Assembly (NCBI GenBank): GCA_050952625.1
Contig: JBMNLH010000001.1
Location: 384,001 to 448,000 of the forward strand
Direction of reading: 5' to 3'
Length of the DNA: 64,000 nt
DNA from: Bacillota bacterium
GTDB lineage: Bacteria; Bacillota; Ch66; Ch109
A program made the position numbers and the translations under genes. This document shows, in pieces, positions 53,532 through 64,000 of this stretch; within the stretch, counting starts at the first letter, position 1, and each line of letters starts with the position of its first letter. A model generated the notes under the pieces. The model ran no database searches. It saw nothing but the letters and a program-made list of their open reading frames with translations, and was not told the origin of the DNA.

Positions 53532-53873
53532 TTATTACCTCGCTTGATAGGGACAGCGAAAGCCTTTGAAATGTGTCTTACAGGTGATCCAATTGATATC
53601 CAGGAAGCCCTTCGAATTGGATTAGTCAATCATGTGGTTGAACCGGAGAGACTTATGGAGTTCTCTTTGGATCTAGCTGGCCGGATTGCTAAAAATCCGG
53701 TAGTACCCGCCCGGTTCCTCAACAAGTCTATTTATCGTGGATTGCATACAGATCTAGAAAGTGCCCTGGACTATGAATCATCCGCCCAGGTTATCTGTTC
53801 GTTTACAGAAGATATGAAGGAGGGTTTAGCCGCGGCCCGGGAAAAAAGAATTCCAGTTTTTAAAGGCTATTAG
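53532..53873 (+). pseudogene. Enoyl-CoA hydratase, C-terminal fragment
   Basis: LPRLIG.AKAFEMCLTGDPI...EALRIGLVN...EKRIPVFKG; N-terminus replaced by IS110. Confidence 0.85.
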
Positions 53874-53944
53874 GAAGGTCCTGTTTTTAAAAGAAAATAA
53901 GAAGTCAACCCTGGCCTATGTTAATTTAAAATATTAAAAGAAGA

Positions 53945-53968
53945 AAGTCCCTCTGATGCAGGGACTTT
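53945..53968 (+). terminator. Hairpin terminator
   Basis: AAAGTCCCT-CTGATGC-AGGGACTTT between convergent genes. Confidence 0.6.
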
Positions 53969-54054
53969 CCTAAAATAATAGTTGTTTTGGTTAAAGACCT
54001 GTGATCTAGCCCTTTGGTGAGATAGTCGCAATGGCTCAATCTTATGGCTGAAAG

Positions 54055-54549
54055 CTAATTAACTGCAAGTTTTAGCGTTTTGCCCTGGCACATCAGCAAG
54101 GGTTGTAGGTTCTGTTCGGCAACGTCTGCTGCTACCACTTCGCCAACAAAAAGAGTATGATCCCCAACCAAGTGCCGATCAACTACCTTACATTCGAGGT
54201 TGGCCAGGCAATCCGCAAGGCGGGGAACCCCAATTACTGAAGCCGGAACAGTTTTTAGTCTTAGATGAGCTATTTTATCTATATCACGTCCAGAGCGGAA
54301 ACCGCAAAAGGATGAGATGTCCTTTTGCTCCGAGGTAAGAATGCTAAGCATAAACTCGCCGGAGTGAACAATCATGTCATGGGTATAGCGGGTTGGTGAA
54401 ATTGAGGCAACTACTAGGAGTGGATCGACAGATACCTGGGTCACCCAGGCAATGGTCATAACATTATGTTTTCCTCTGTGTTTAGCACCGATTAGACAAA
54501 TCGGCCAAACTAGGCGGTGTATCGCCGCAACTGTTGATTCTTTTCTCAT
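54055..54549 (-). CDS. Flavin reductase-like protein
   Basis: NVMTIAW, CGFRSGRDIDK and GDHTLFVGEV motifs. Confidence 0.9.
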   Translation of the reverse strand: MRKESTVAAIHRLVWPICLIGAKHRGKHNVMTIAWVTQVSVDPLLVVASISPTRYTHDMIVHSGEFMLSILTSEQKDISSFCGFRSGRDIDKIAHLRLKTVPASVIGVPRLADCLANLECKVVDRHLVGDHTLFVGEVVAADVAEQNLQPLLMCQGKTLKLAVN

Positions 54550-54675
54550 ATTAACTCACCCCCCATATAATATTTGCGAAAAAGTATTCGTTATTCGTCT
54601 CAAGATTCCTCCTGCCGTTGAGATTAATTTCATAAAATTAGAGCACTTTTGTTGTCGAATTTCTGCAAAATGATG

Positions 54676-54830
54676 TTGACACAGGATTAATGCCTGTGCT
54701 ACAATAGCAACTGTCGCGAGCGGGAACCAGGAAAGAATAACCTGAATTACCGACAGCGATCACGTGTAAAAACGAAGTAAAAACTGGCAACAAAAGGTTG
54801 TTGACAGTAGGAGTAGCCCCCTGATAAAAT
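54676..54830 (+). promoter_or_regulatory. Tandem rrn P1/P2 sigma-A promoters
   Basis: TTGACA-N18-TACAAT (54676) and TTGACA-N18-TAAAAT (54801), both with TG extended -10. Confidence 0.75.
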
Positions 54831-55027
54831 AAAATTCCGCCAAGGGCAAAAAGCAAAAGCGAACGCCTGAAGCGAAAGACTGATCCCTGAAAACTGAACA
54901 GTTGTCAAAATGTGCGAAGCCTGATGCAAAAGTCAAGGACCTCGATCAACGAGAGTTTCAAGACAAAGCAAGGCTAGCGACAAGCTAGCGAGAAAGAAAA
55001 TAAGAGCAAGATAAGCTCTTCGATATT

Positions 55028-56715
<1,688 letters not shown>

Positions 56716-56812
56716 AGTAACATCCGCAAGGATGCGAAACTAGGTCGGTCATCAGACTTCGCAACAACTGTTTAGTTTTGAGGGACCAGTAAACTGGAAA
56801 CTCAAAGAAGGG

Positions 56813-56889
56813 TGAACTTGTTCAGCTTTGCTGAACATTGAGGCTTCAGCTAGAGACTCTACTCACCTGAAGTTTAAACAAGATAACCC
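56813..56889 (+). repeat. MITE-like repeat, copy 3, inside the 16S-23S spacer
   Basis: TGAACTTGTTCAGCTTTGCTGAAC...CACCTGAAGTTTAAACAAGATAACC. Confidence 0.75.
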
Positions 56890-57986
56890 TTTGATCCAGA
56901 TAAAAAGCCAAGGCTTCTAACCAAAGAAGCCGCGGTAAAAAGACTTCCCATAAATTTGGCCAAACCCAAAAGAACCAGGCCAAACCAGATGGAAGTCAAA
57001 CTCGACTAACTAAGCGCAAACCGAAAGCTAGTCGAAACTGAACCCTGAAAACTGCACAGCGAATATAAAAAAAGTTCTGTCAAGCGCAAGCCAAAGGATA
57101 AACCGAAACAAACCTTAAGGTAGAAAGACTAAGGTCAAGCTACTAAGGGCGTACGGAGGATGCCTAGGCGCTAAGAGACGAAGAAGGACGCGGTAAGCTG
57201 CGAAAAGCCTCGGGGAGCCGCAAGCAGGCCTTGATCCGGGGATCTCCGAATGGGGCAACCCAACTGGAGTAATGTCCAGTTACGGCTAACTGAATCCATA
57301 GGTTAGTCGAGACAACCAGGGGAACTGAAACATCTTAGTACCCTGAGGAAAAGAAAACAACAGTGATTCCCCAAGTAGCGGCGAGCGAACCGGGAAGAGC
57401 CCAAACCTCAAGAGTGTCAAAGCCTGCCGGCGTTGCTTTTGAGGGGTAGCGGGACCATCCTGGGCAGCGGCAGCAGCCCAAAGGAGTAAGAAACCATAAT
57501 TCTAGGTGAAGCGGACTGGAAAGCCCCGCCACAGAGAGTAACAGCCTCGTAACCGAAAGGATTATGGCTCCTGGATGGGATCCCAAGTACTGCGGGACAC
57601 GTGGAACCCCGTGGGAATCAGGGAGGACCACCTCCTAAGGCTAAATACTCCTTAGCGACCGATAGTGAACCAGTACCGTGAGGGAAAGGTGAAAAGCACC
57701 CCGGGAGGGGAGTGAAAAAGAACCTGAAACCGTATGCCTACAACCAGTCGGAGCTTTTTCGAAAGAAAGAGTGACGGCGTACTTTTTGTAGAACGGACCG
57801 GCGAGTTACAGTAACTAGCAAGGTTAAGGAAACGGAGCCGAAGCGAAAGCAAGTCTTAAGAGGGCGCAAGTTAGTTGCTGTAGACCCGAAACCGGGTGAT
57901 CTACCCATGACCAGAGTGAAGCGATGGTAAGACATCGTGGAGGCTCGAACCAACCGTTGTTGAAACAGCGGTGGATGAGTTGTGGG

Positions 57987-58028
<42 letters not shown>

Positions 58029-58292
58029 CCCGAAATAGCTTTAGGGCTAGCCTCAAGGCATAATTGATGGGGGTAGAGCACTGAATAGGCTAGGGGCCTT
58101 ACCCGGTTACCGAACCTTCTCAAACTCCGAATACCATCAATCGGACCTTGGGAGTCAGACTGCGAGTGATAAGATCCGTAGTCGAGAGGGAAACAGCCCA
58201 GACCGTCGATTAAGGTCCCCAAGTGTGGACTAAGTGGAAAAGGATGTGGGGTTGCCCAGACAACCAGGATGTTGGCTTAGAAGCAGCCATCA

Positions 58293-58328
<36 letters not shown>

Positions 58329-58375
58329 CCTGCGCCGAAAATTCCCGGGGCTCAAGTCCGCCACCGAAATCACGG

Positions 58376-58582
58376 ATTTTGGTGGTTGGCGGTTAGTGGT
58401 TAGTGGTTGGGAGGAAAGGAAATGGCTGGATATCGGACATTGGAAGTGTATCAAAAGGCATATAAACTGTCTTTAGAAATACACCGTGTCACCCAAACAT
58501 TTCCTGAATTTGAAAGGTATGAATTAGGAAGCATGGTCAAACAAATCCCAACGACCAATTACTAACGACCAACCACCAAAAT
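58376..58582 (+). other. 23S helix-45 intervening sequence (207 nt)
   Basis: Lies between CACCGAAATCACGG and GGTAGGGGAGCGTTC; arms ATTTTGGTGGTTGG...CCAACCACCAAAAT. Confidence 0.92.
58422..58565 (+). pseudogene. Internally deleted four-helix-bundle / 23S rRNA IVP (S23-like) protein
   Basis: GGAGGAAAGGA RBS; MAGYRTLEVYQKAYKLSLEIHRVTQTFPEFERYELGS matches the family N-terminus; the QxRRA...NIAEG core is missing. Confidence 0.85.
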
Positions 58583-59044
58583 GGTAGGGGAGCGTTCCCA
58601 CAGCGTGGAAGTCATCCTGGAAGGGATGGTGGAGCGGTGGGAAGAGATAATGCCGGTATGAGTAAGCGAAAAGGCAGGTGAGAATCCTGCCCGCCGAAAG
58701 CCTAAGGTTTCCTGGGGAAGGCTCGTCCGCCCAGGGTAAGTCGGGACCTAAGCTGAGGCCGAAAGGCGTAGGCGATGGACAACCGGTGGAAATTCCGGTA
58801 CCACCCCAAGCCGCTCGAGCGAAGGGGGGACGCAGGAGGGTAGGCGAAGCGTACCGTTGGTCGAGTACGCGCAAGCTGGTAGGGGGTAAGATAGGCAAAT
58901 CCGTCTTACGTGAACCCTGAGAGGTGACGCCGAGGGAAAACTAAGTACCGAAGTCGCTGAACCCAAACTGCCAAGAAAAGCCTCTAGCAAGGCAAAAGGG
59001 TGCCCGTACCGCAAACCGACACAGGTAGGCGAGGAGAGAATCCT

Positions 59045-59076
<32 letters not shown>

Positions 59077-59272
59077 CGGCAAAATGACCCCGTAACTTCG
59101 GGAGAAGGGGTACCCCGTGTAGCGTGACTATGTGCACATATAGAAGCGTGAGGGGGTCGCAGTGAAGAGGCCCAGGCGACTGTTTACCAAAAACACAGGT
59201 CCCTGCCAAAGCGAAAGCTGAAGTATAGGGGCTGACGCCTGCCCGGTGCTGGAAGGTTAAGGGGAGGGGTTA

Positions 59273-59579
59273 TCCAGCACTCAACCTTGTATATCAATAG
59301 AGGAAAATAAATGCATTACGTTTATGTGCTTAAGAGTGGAGATAAGCTCTATATAGGAAGAACAAGCGACCTAAAAACCAGGATAAAGTCACATAACGAA
59401 GGTATAAACCGCTCAACAAAAGGGCATCAGTGGGAACTGATATATTATGAAGCATATAAATCCCTGAAAGATGCCATAAAGAGAGAAAATCAGCTAAAAA
59501 AACATGGCAATGCCAAGCGATGGCTGAAAGAGCGGATTATACACAGCCTCAAAGGTGATATATAGGGTTGAGTGCTGGA
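59273..59579 (+). mobile_element. 23S helix-68 insertion (307 nt) with a 24-bp terminal stem
   Basis: TCCAGCACTCAACCTTGTATATCA / TGATATATAGGGTTGAGTGCTGGA replaces the short apex between GGGGTTA and GAAGCTCT. Confidence 0.9.
59311..59565 (+). CDS. GIY-YIG endonuclease (84 aa) encoded inside the 23S rRNA gene
   Basis: YVYVL...LYIG.T.DLKTRIKSHN...ELIYYE...AIKRENQLK; GAGG RBS; same strand as the rRNA. Confidence 0.92.
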   Translation: MHYVYVLKSGDKLYIGRTSDLKTRIKSHNEGINRSTKGHQWELIYYEAYKSLKDAIKRENQLKKHGNAKRWLKERIIHSLKGDI

Positions 59580-59601
59580 GAAGCTCTGAACCGAAGCCCC
59601 A

Positions 59602-59686
<85 letters not shown>

Positions 59687-59933
59687 TCTGGGCACTGTCT
59701 CAACGAGGGGCTCGGTGAAATTGTACTACCGGTAAAGATGCCGGTTACCTGCGACAGGACAGAAAGACCCCGTGGAGCTTTACTGCAACCTGATATTGGA
59801 TTTTGGTAGGCAATGTACAGGATAGGTGGGAGGCAGAGAAGCAAGTCCGCCAGGATTTGTGGAGCCAACGGTGGGATACCACTCTTTGTGTACTGAAGTT
59901 CTAACTCGGCCCTGTAAACCAGGGTGAGGACAT

Positions 59934-59969
<36 letters not shown>

Positions 59970-60125
59970 CAAAGCGTAACGGAGGCGCCCAAAGGTTCCC
60001 TCAGAATGGTTGGAAATCATTCGGAGAGTGTAAAGGCAGAAGGGAGCTTGACTGCGAGAGAGACATCTCGAGCAGGGACGAAAGTCGGGCTTAGTGATCC
60101 GGTGGTTCCGAGTGGAAGGGCCATC

Positions 60126-60162
<37 letters not shown>

Positions 60163-60191
60163 TATCTCGCCCAAGAGTTCATATCGACGGC

Positions 60192-60275
<84 letters not shown>

Positions 60276-60280
60276 TACGT

Positions 60281-60323
<43 letters not shown>

Positions 60324-60348
60324 TCGCAGGCGCAGGAAACTTGAGAGG

Positions 60349-60386
<38 letters not shown>

Positions 60387-60438
60387 GCTGGTGTATCAGT
60401 TGTTCCGCCAGGGGCAACGCTGAGTAGCTATGTTCGGG

Positions 60439-60470
<32 letters not shown>

Positions 60471-60749
60471 ACCGGCCTCAAGATGAGGTTTCCCATGGAG
60501 TCAATCCAGTAAGACCCCAGCAAGACTAGCTGGTAGATAGGCCAGGAGTGTAAGAACAGCAATGTTTTCAGCTGACTGGTACTAATCGGTCGAGGGCTTG
60601 ACCTAATTTTCTAACAGTAAGGCGTGAGGTTGACGCTAAGCTATTCCCTGAAGTCTTGGGAGCTAAGGATTGACAGACTCAAAATATTCGCTGTGAAGTT
60701 TTGAAGGTTCAATCTAAAATCCAATATCTAAAATCTAAGAATTAGATTT

Positions 60750-60865
60750 TCTGGTGACGATAGCGGAGGGGAAACACCCGTTCCCATCCCGAACACGGCA
60801 GTTAAGCCCTCCAGCGCCGATGGTACTTGGGTGGAGACGCCCTGGGAGAGTAGGTCGTTGCCAGG
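60750..60865 (+). rRNA. rrf: 5S rRNA
   Basis: CCCATCCCGAACAC...GAGAGTAGGTCGTTGCCAGG. Confidence 0.97.
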
Positions 60866-60872
60866 ATATTTT

Positions 60873-60900
60873 AAAGCCTCAGGTTTTTGCCTGGGGCTTT
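60873..60900 (+). terminator. rrn terminator
   Basis: AAAGCCTCAGG-TTTTTG-CCTGGGGCTTT. Confidence 0.75.
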
Positions 60901-61091
60901 AGTTTAATCAGCTTAAATTTATTAATCTACCTTTTGATTCTATTAGCTTAATTAAAGCCCTTTTCTTTTTATTTTGATTTGAATTTTTTATGTGGTATAA
61001 TAACATATATTAGCAATAGCCTGTCTAAGCGACAGGCCTCATTCTTTAAGGTTTGTTGGTATTATACAGTTTTGGATTATAAGGGGTTGAA

Positions 61092-62105
61092 GTGTTGGTT
61101 AGAGTTAATCGAAAACCAAATTTAGAAATAGCGCAACCCAAAACCAACGGTAAAATTCAGAAAAAGAACATTATAAGTGCGGTTAAATGGTTTATTGCAT
61201 TGTTTTCTATCTTTTGTTTATTCTTTATTCATGCAATTAAACAAAACGTCGATAATATACATAATTCACTGAATTCAGTGAGCCAGTATGATATAGCAGA
61301 TTATCCAGAACATCAAATTATAGTAGACGGAAACCTATTTGCCGGTTTAAATAATTCAAACATCAAGGATTTGGCCAAGGTTAGCAAAATGGGACTAACT
61401 ACGGTGCCCGAAATATCTATAATCAACGAAGGAGCAACTATTACCTTAAAGGAAGTATACTACGACAAATCACAAATTGCCCTGGGTCTGGAATTTAAAG
61501 AATTTAGCGATTATAACAGCTTCTATACCGCTTTTTTTCAAAATAATATCGAAATAGTCCCTAAAAGTGCGTTTGGGAAGAATTTTCCGGTTTCCGATAA
61601 CTTACATTACAAAGTGATCCGCTATAGATTCCTTGATAATTTACCAGACAAGTTCGACTTTCACATAATAATTAAAGAACAAGTTGATTTAAAGCGGGAA
61701 TTTGCATTTACGGTCCGCCTGGATCGTACAGCAGCAAATTCTTTAACCAGCGATCTTTTGATCAATAAAACTTATCAAATAGGGGATAACACAGAAGTAT
61801 TTATTAAAAGGCTGTTATTCACTCCGGCCGCTACTTATATCGAGTACGATTTACTAAAGCCAATCCGCCTAATTAATTTTGATAATCTAAATATTGATCT
61901 GAAAATACAGGATAGTCAGGGAAATATAATAGAATTAGCTGGGCTGACGGCTGGAGGTACCTTCAATAATGACCGCCAGGTTGTATCCTATTATGCTTTT
62001 TATAGTCCCTGTGATGAAGTTCCTAGGGAGCTTAAATGTCAATTTTTTAAGCATGGAACTAATAAACCAATGTTTTCCCCGTTCAGTATAGATTTAATCA
62101 GGTAA
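61092..62105 (+). CDS. Membrane-anchored DUF4179-like protein
   Basis: N-terminal TM helix; GATITLKEVYYD and IKRLLFTPAAT; AAGGGG RBS. Confidence 0.65.
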   Translation: MLVRVNRKPNLEIAQPKTNGKIQKKNIISAVKWFIALFSIFCLFFIHAIKQNVDNIHNSLNSVSQYDIADYPEHQIIVDGNLFAGLNNSNIKDLAKVSKMGLTTVPEISIINEGATITLKEVYYDKSQIALGLEFKEFSDYNSFYTAFFQNNIEIVPKSAFGKNFPVSDNLHYKVIRYRFLDNLPDKFDFHIIIKEQVDLKREFAFTVRLDRTAANSLTSDLLINKTYQIGDNTEVFIKRLLFTPAATYIEYDLLKPIRLINFDNLNIDLKIQDSQGNIIELAGLTAGGTFNNDRQVVSYYAFYSPCDEVPRELKCQFFKHGTNKPMFSPFSIDLIR

Positions 62106-62110
62106 AAAGA

Positions 62111-62139
62111 GGAAGCAAGAGGACCGTCCCCTTGCTTCC
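62111..62139. repeat. REP-like hairpin, also a likely bidirectional terminator
   Basis: GGAAGCAAGAGGACCGTCCCCTTGCTTCC followed by a T-run. Confidence 0.65.
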
Positions 62140-62161
62140 TTATTTTTTATGGCAATTAATT

Positions 62162-63814
62162 TTATAGTCTGCCGGTAGCAATAATCGGTCCGGTCGGCAT
62201 ATCCGTATCTGTTTCCCCTTCCACCGAAATAACGATTGCTTCAAAATCACTTAGTGGTTTAGGGCCACGGTAAGTCCATACTTGGTGAGGCGTTCTGTGC
62301 ATTGCATATCCGGTATACCTGCCTCTGGAAATGAGCCATACTTTATAAGTGTTATATTCCCAGCCAAAACTTGCTGGATCTGGGGCCCGATCAAGGTTAA
62401 CCAGGACAATATTTCCGGCATTATCAAGCAGAACATAGGGCATAGCATCTGGTGCGTTTTCGGTTGTCGCTAGAATCAAGGCCCTATTGTCCCCAGCGGC
62501 TGCGGGAAGGCTCCAGTCAGAAAAGGAATCCGTTAAAGACCCGGATGCCGTAATTTCACAACTTATCCCGGGAATGGCTAGTCTTCGGCCTATAGTCAGG
62601 AAATAAGGGGGGCCAATCTCATTGACCCGCGCAATATCCCGCCAATCAACGCCGTAGATATTTCCAATACTCGAGAGGGTTTGGCCGGCGGTTACTGTAT
62701 GCACGCGGACAGGGATGACAATTTCTTGACCAACATAGATAACATCAGGTGAAGTAATATCCGGATTGGCTCGATAGATTAGTCGAATCGGGATTCCAAA
62801 ATTATTGGCAATCGCCCCTAAAGTGTCCCCGGCTCTGACCGTATAGACCCAACCGCAATCAGCTGGCGGCCGGACGGTCGGTGTGGGTGTCGGGGTTGGC
62901 CTCGGTGGAAAAACTCGACAAGTTATTCCCGGAATCGCTAGTCTCTGACCAATTGTTAAGAAATAGGGGGGCCTAATTCCATTGACCCGCGCAATATCCC
63001 GCCAATCAACTCCGTAGATATTTCCAATAATTGAGAGAGTCTGGCCGGCAGTGACCGTATGCACCGGAACAGGGATGAGTATGTTTTGACCAGGAAAAAT
63101 AACATCAGGTGAAGGAAGATTCGGATTAGCATTAATTATAGCCTGTATCGGTATTTCAAAATTATTAGCAATTAACCCTAAGGTATCCCCACTTCTAACC
63201 GTGTAGACCCAGCCGCATTCACGGGGTGGTCTAGGCGTTGGTCTAGGAGTTGGTCTAGGTGTCGGCCTAGGAGTTGGTCTAGGGGTTGGTCTAGGAGTTG
63301 GTCTAGGGGTTGGTCTAGGTGTCGGCCTTGGAGTTGGTCTAGGCGTCGGAGTCGGTCTAGGCGTCGGCCTAGGTCGTACTTGACAGGTTAACCCGGGTAT
63401 AGCTAATCGTTGCCCGATAGATAAAGTATAAGGTGGTGGAATGTTATTAACTCGGGCAATTGTCCTCCAATCAACACCATAGAGATTTCCAATTGCCGAG
63501 AGGGTTTGCCCCGGGGTAACTGTATGGACCCAGATAGGGAGTACTATCCTTTGATTTACACTAAGTCTGTAGGGTGGAGTAAGTTGGGGATTAGCATCCC
63601 TTATCGCTTGAGCAGAGATACCAAATCTCTCAGCAATTCTAAAAATGTTATCTCCAGCACGCACCGTATAGGTCCATCCACATACTGCACCTACCGGAAT
63701 TCTTTGTTCTATTGTGGCAAAATCATATTCATATGGTGGTTGTTGCTGATTCACACTGATCACGCTCCCTTCTATATAAGCTTGCAAAATAGGGGAATAG
63801 ACGTTGCTATTCAA
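62162..63814 (-). CDS. Six-LysM protein with Pro/Arg/Thr linker (SafA-like spore protein)
   Basis: Three YTVRxGD/HTVTxGQ LysM pairs, about 12 PRPT repeats, no signal peptide. Confidence 0.85.
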   Translation of the reverse strand: MNSNVYSPILQAYIEGSVISVNQQQPPYEYDFATIEQRIPVGAVCGWTYTVRAGDNIFRIAERFGISAQAIRDANPQLTPPYRLSVNQRIVLPIWVHTVTPGQTLSAIGNLYGVDWRTIARVNNIPPPYTLSIGQRLAIPGLTCQVRPRPTPRPTPTPRPTPRPTPRPTPRPTPRPTPRPTPRPTPRPTPRPTPRPPRECGWVYTVRSGDTLGLIANNFEIPIQAIINANPNLPSPDVIFPGQNILIPVPVHTVTAGQTLSIIGNIYGVDWRDIARVNGIRPPYFLTIGQRLAIPGITCRVFPPRPTPTPTPTVRPPADCGWVYTVRAGDTLGAIANNFGIPIRLIYRANPDITSPDVIYVGQEIVIPVRVHTVTAGQTLSSIGNIYGVDWRDIARVNEIGPPYFLTIGRRLAIPGISCEITASGSLTDSFSDWSLPAAAGDNRALILATTENAPDAMPYVLLDNAGNIVLVNLDRAPDPASFGWEYNTYKVWLISRGRYTGYAMHRTPHQVWTYRGPKPLSDFEAIVISVEGETDTDMPTGPIIATGRL

Positions 63815-64000
63815 TCCATTATATGGAGAGGTTACCTTAAATGTGCTTGTATATGAATAACAGTTAGGTAATTAAATGTTTGGTGTCGAAGGCGATTCAA
63901 TATATAATTATGTTAATAGTCTGTACCCGCTTAATTTTTTGGAAGAATTTTTCAACTTTGAATTAATCAAATCTGTTTAATAAGGAGCGTTTTTATTTCT

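Noticed and set aside
58422-58565. Avd of a diversity-generating retroelement
   Set aside because: Related fold, but there is no reverse transcriptase or TR/VR pair in the window, and the location is a classic IVS site.
59273-59579. Group I intron with homing endonuclease
   Set aside because: Only about 14 nt lie outside the stem arms and the ORF, leaving no room for a ribozyme core; the site is a helix apex, not a typical intron position.

Overview
Chromosomal window from a spore-forming Clostridia (Peptococcaceae-like) bacterium. Housekeeping content: mrpA-G Na+/H+ antiporter operon, glnA, yqxD-dnaG-sigA, four tRNAs, trmK, nif3, satP, gabT, an ECF sigma/anti-sigma/ABC operon, an HMG-CoA-lyase-like gene and a complete rrn operon (16S-23S-5S, no tRNA seen in the spacer). 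From about 39.2 to 53.9 kb lies a decaying accessory region. It holds a probable cas3 remnant, an MntA-HepT toxin-antitoxin pair, and a satellite-like module (P4-type primase, ori, cos-like site, capsid homolog) next to a frameshifted type IC restriction-modification system. Two copies of an IS end bracket that module, and IS fragments follow it. The most striking signal is in the rRNA operon, which carries three hairpin insertions. (i) A 307-nt insertion at the tip of 23S helix 68 has a 24-bp stem enclosing an intact GIY-YIG nuclease gene and no group I/II intron core. (ii) A 207-nt insertion in 23S helix 45 encodes an internally deleted four-helix-bundle (IVP/S23) protein between heptamer-repeat arms. 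(iii) An ORF-less 145-nt insertion in 16S helix 6 is built from the same arms. Several small dispersed repeat families and unannotated small ORFs are also present. All family assignments come from motif recognition by eye; no searches were run.
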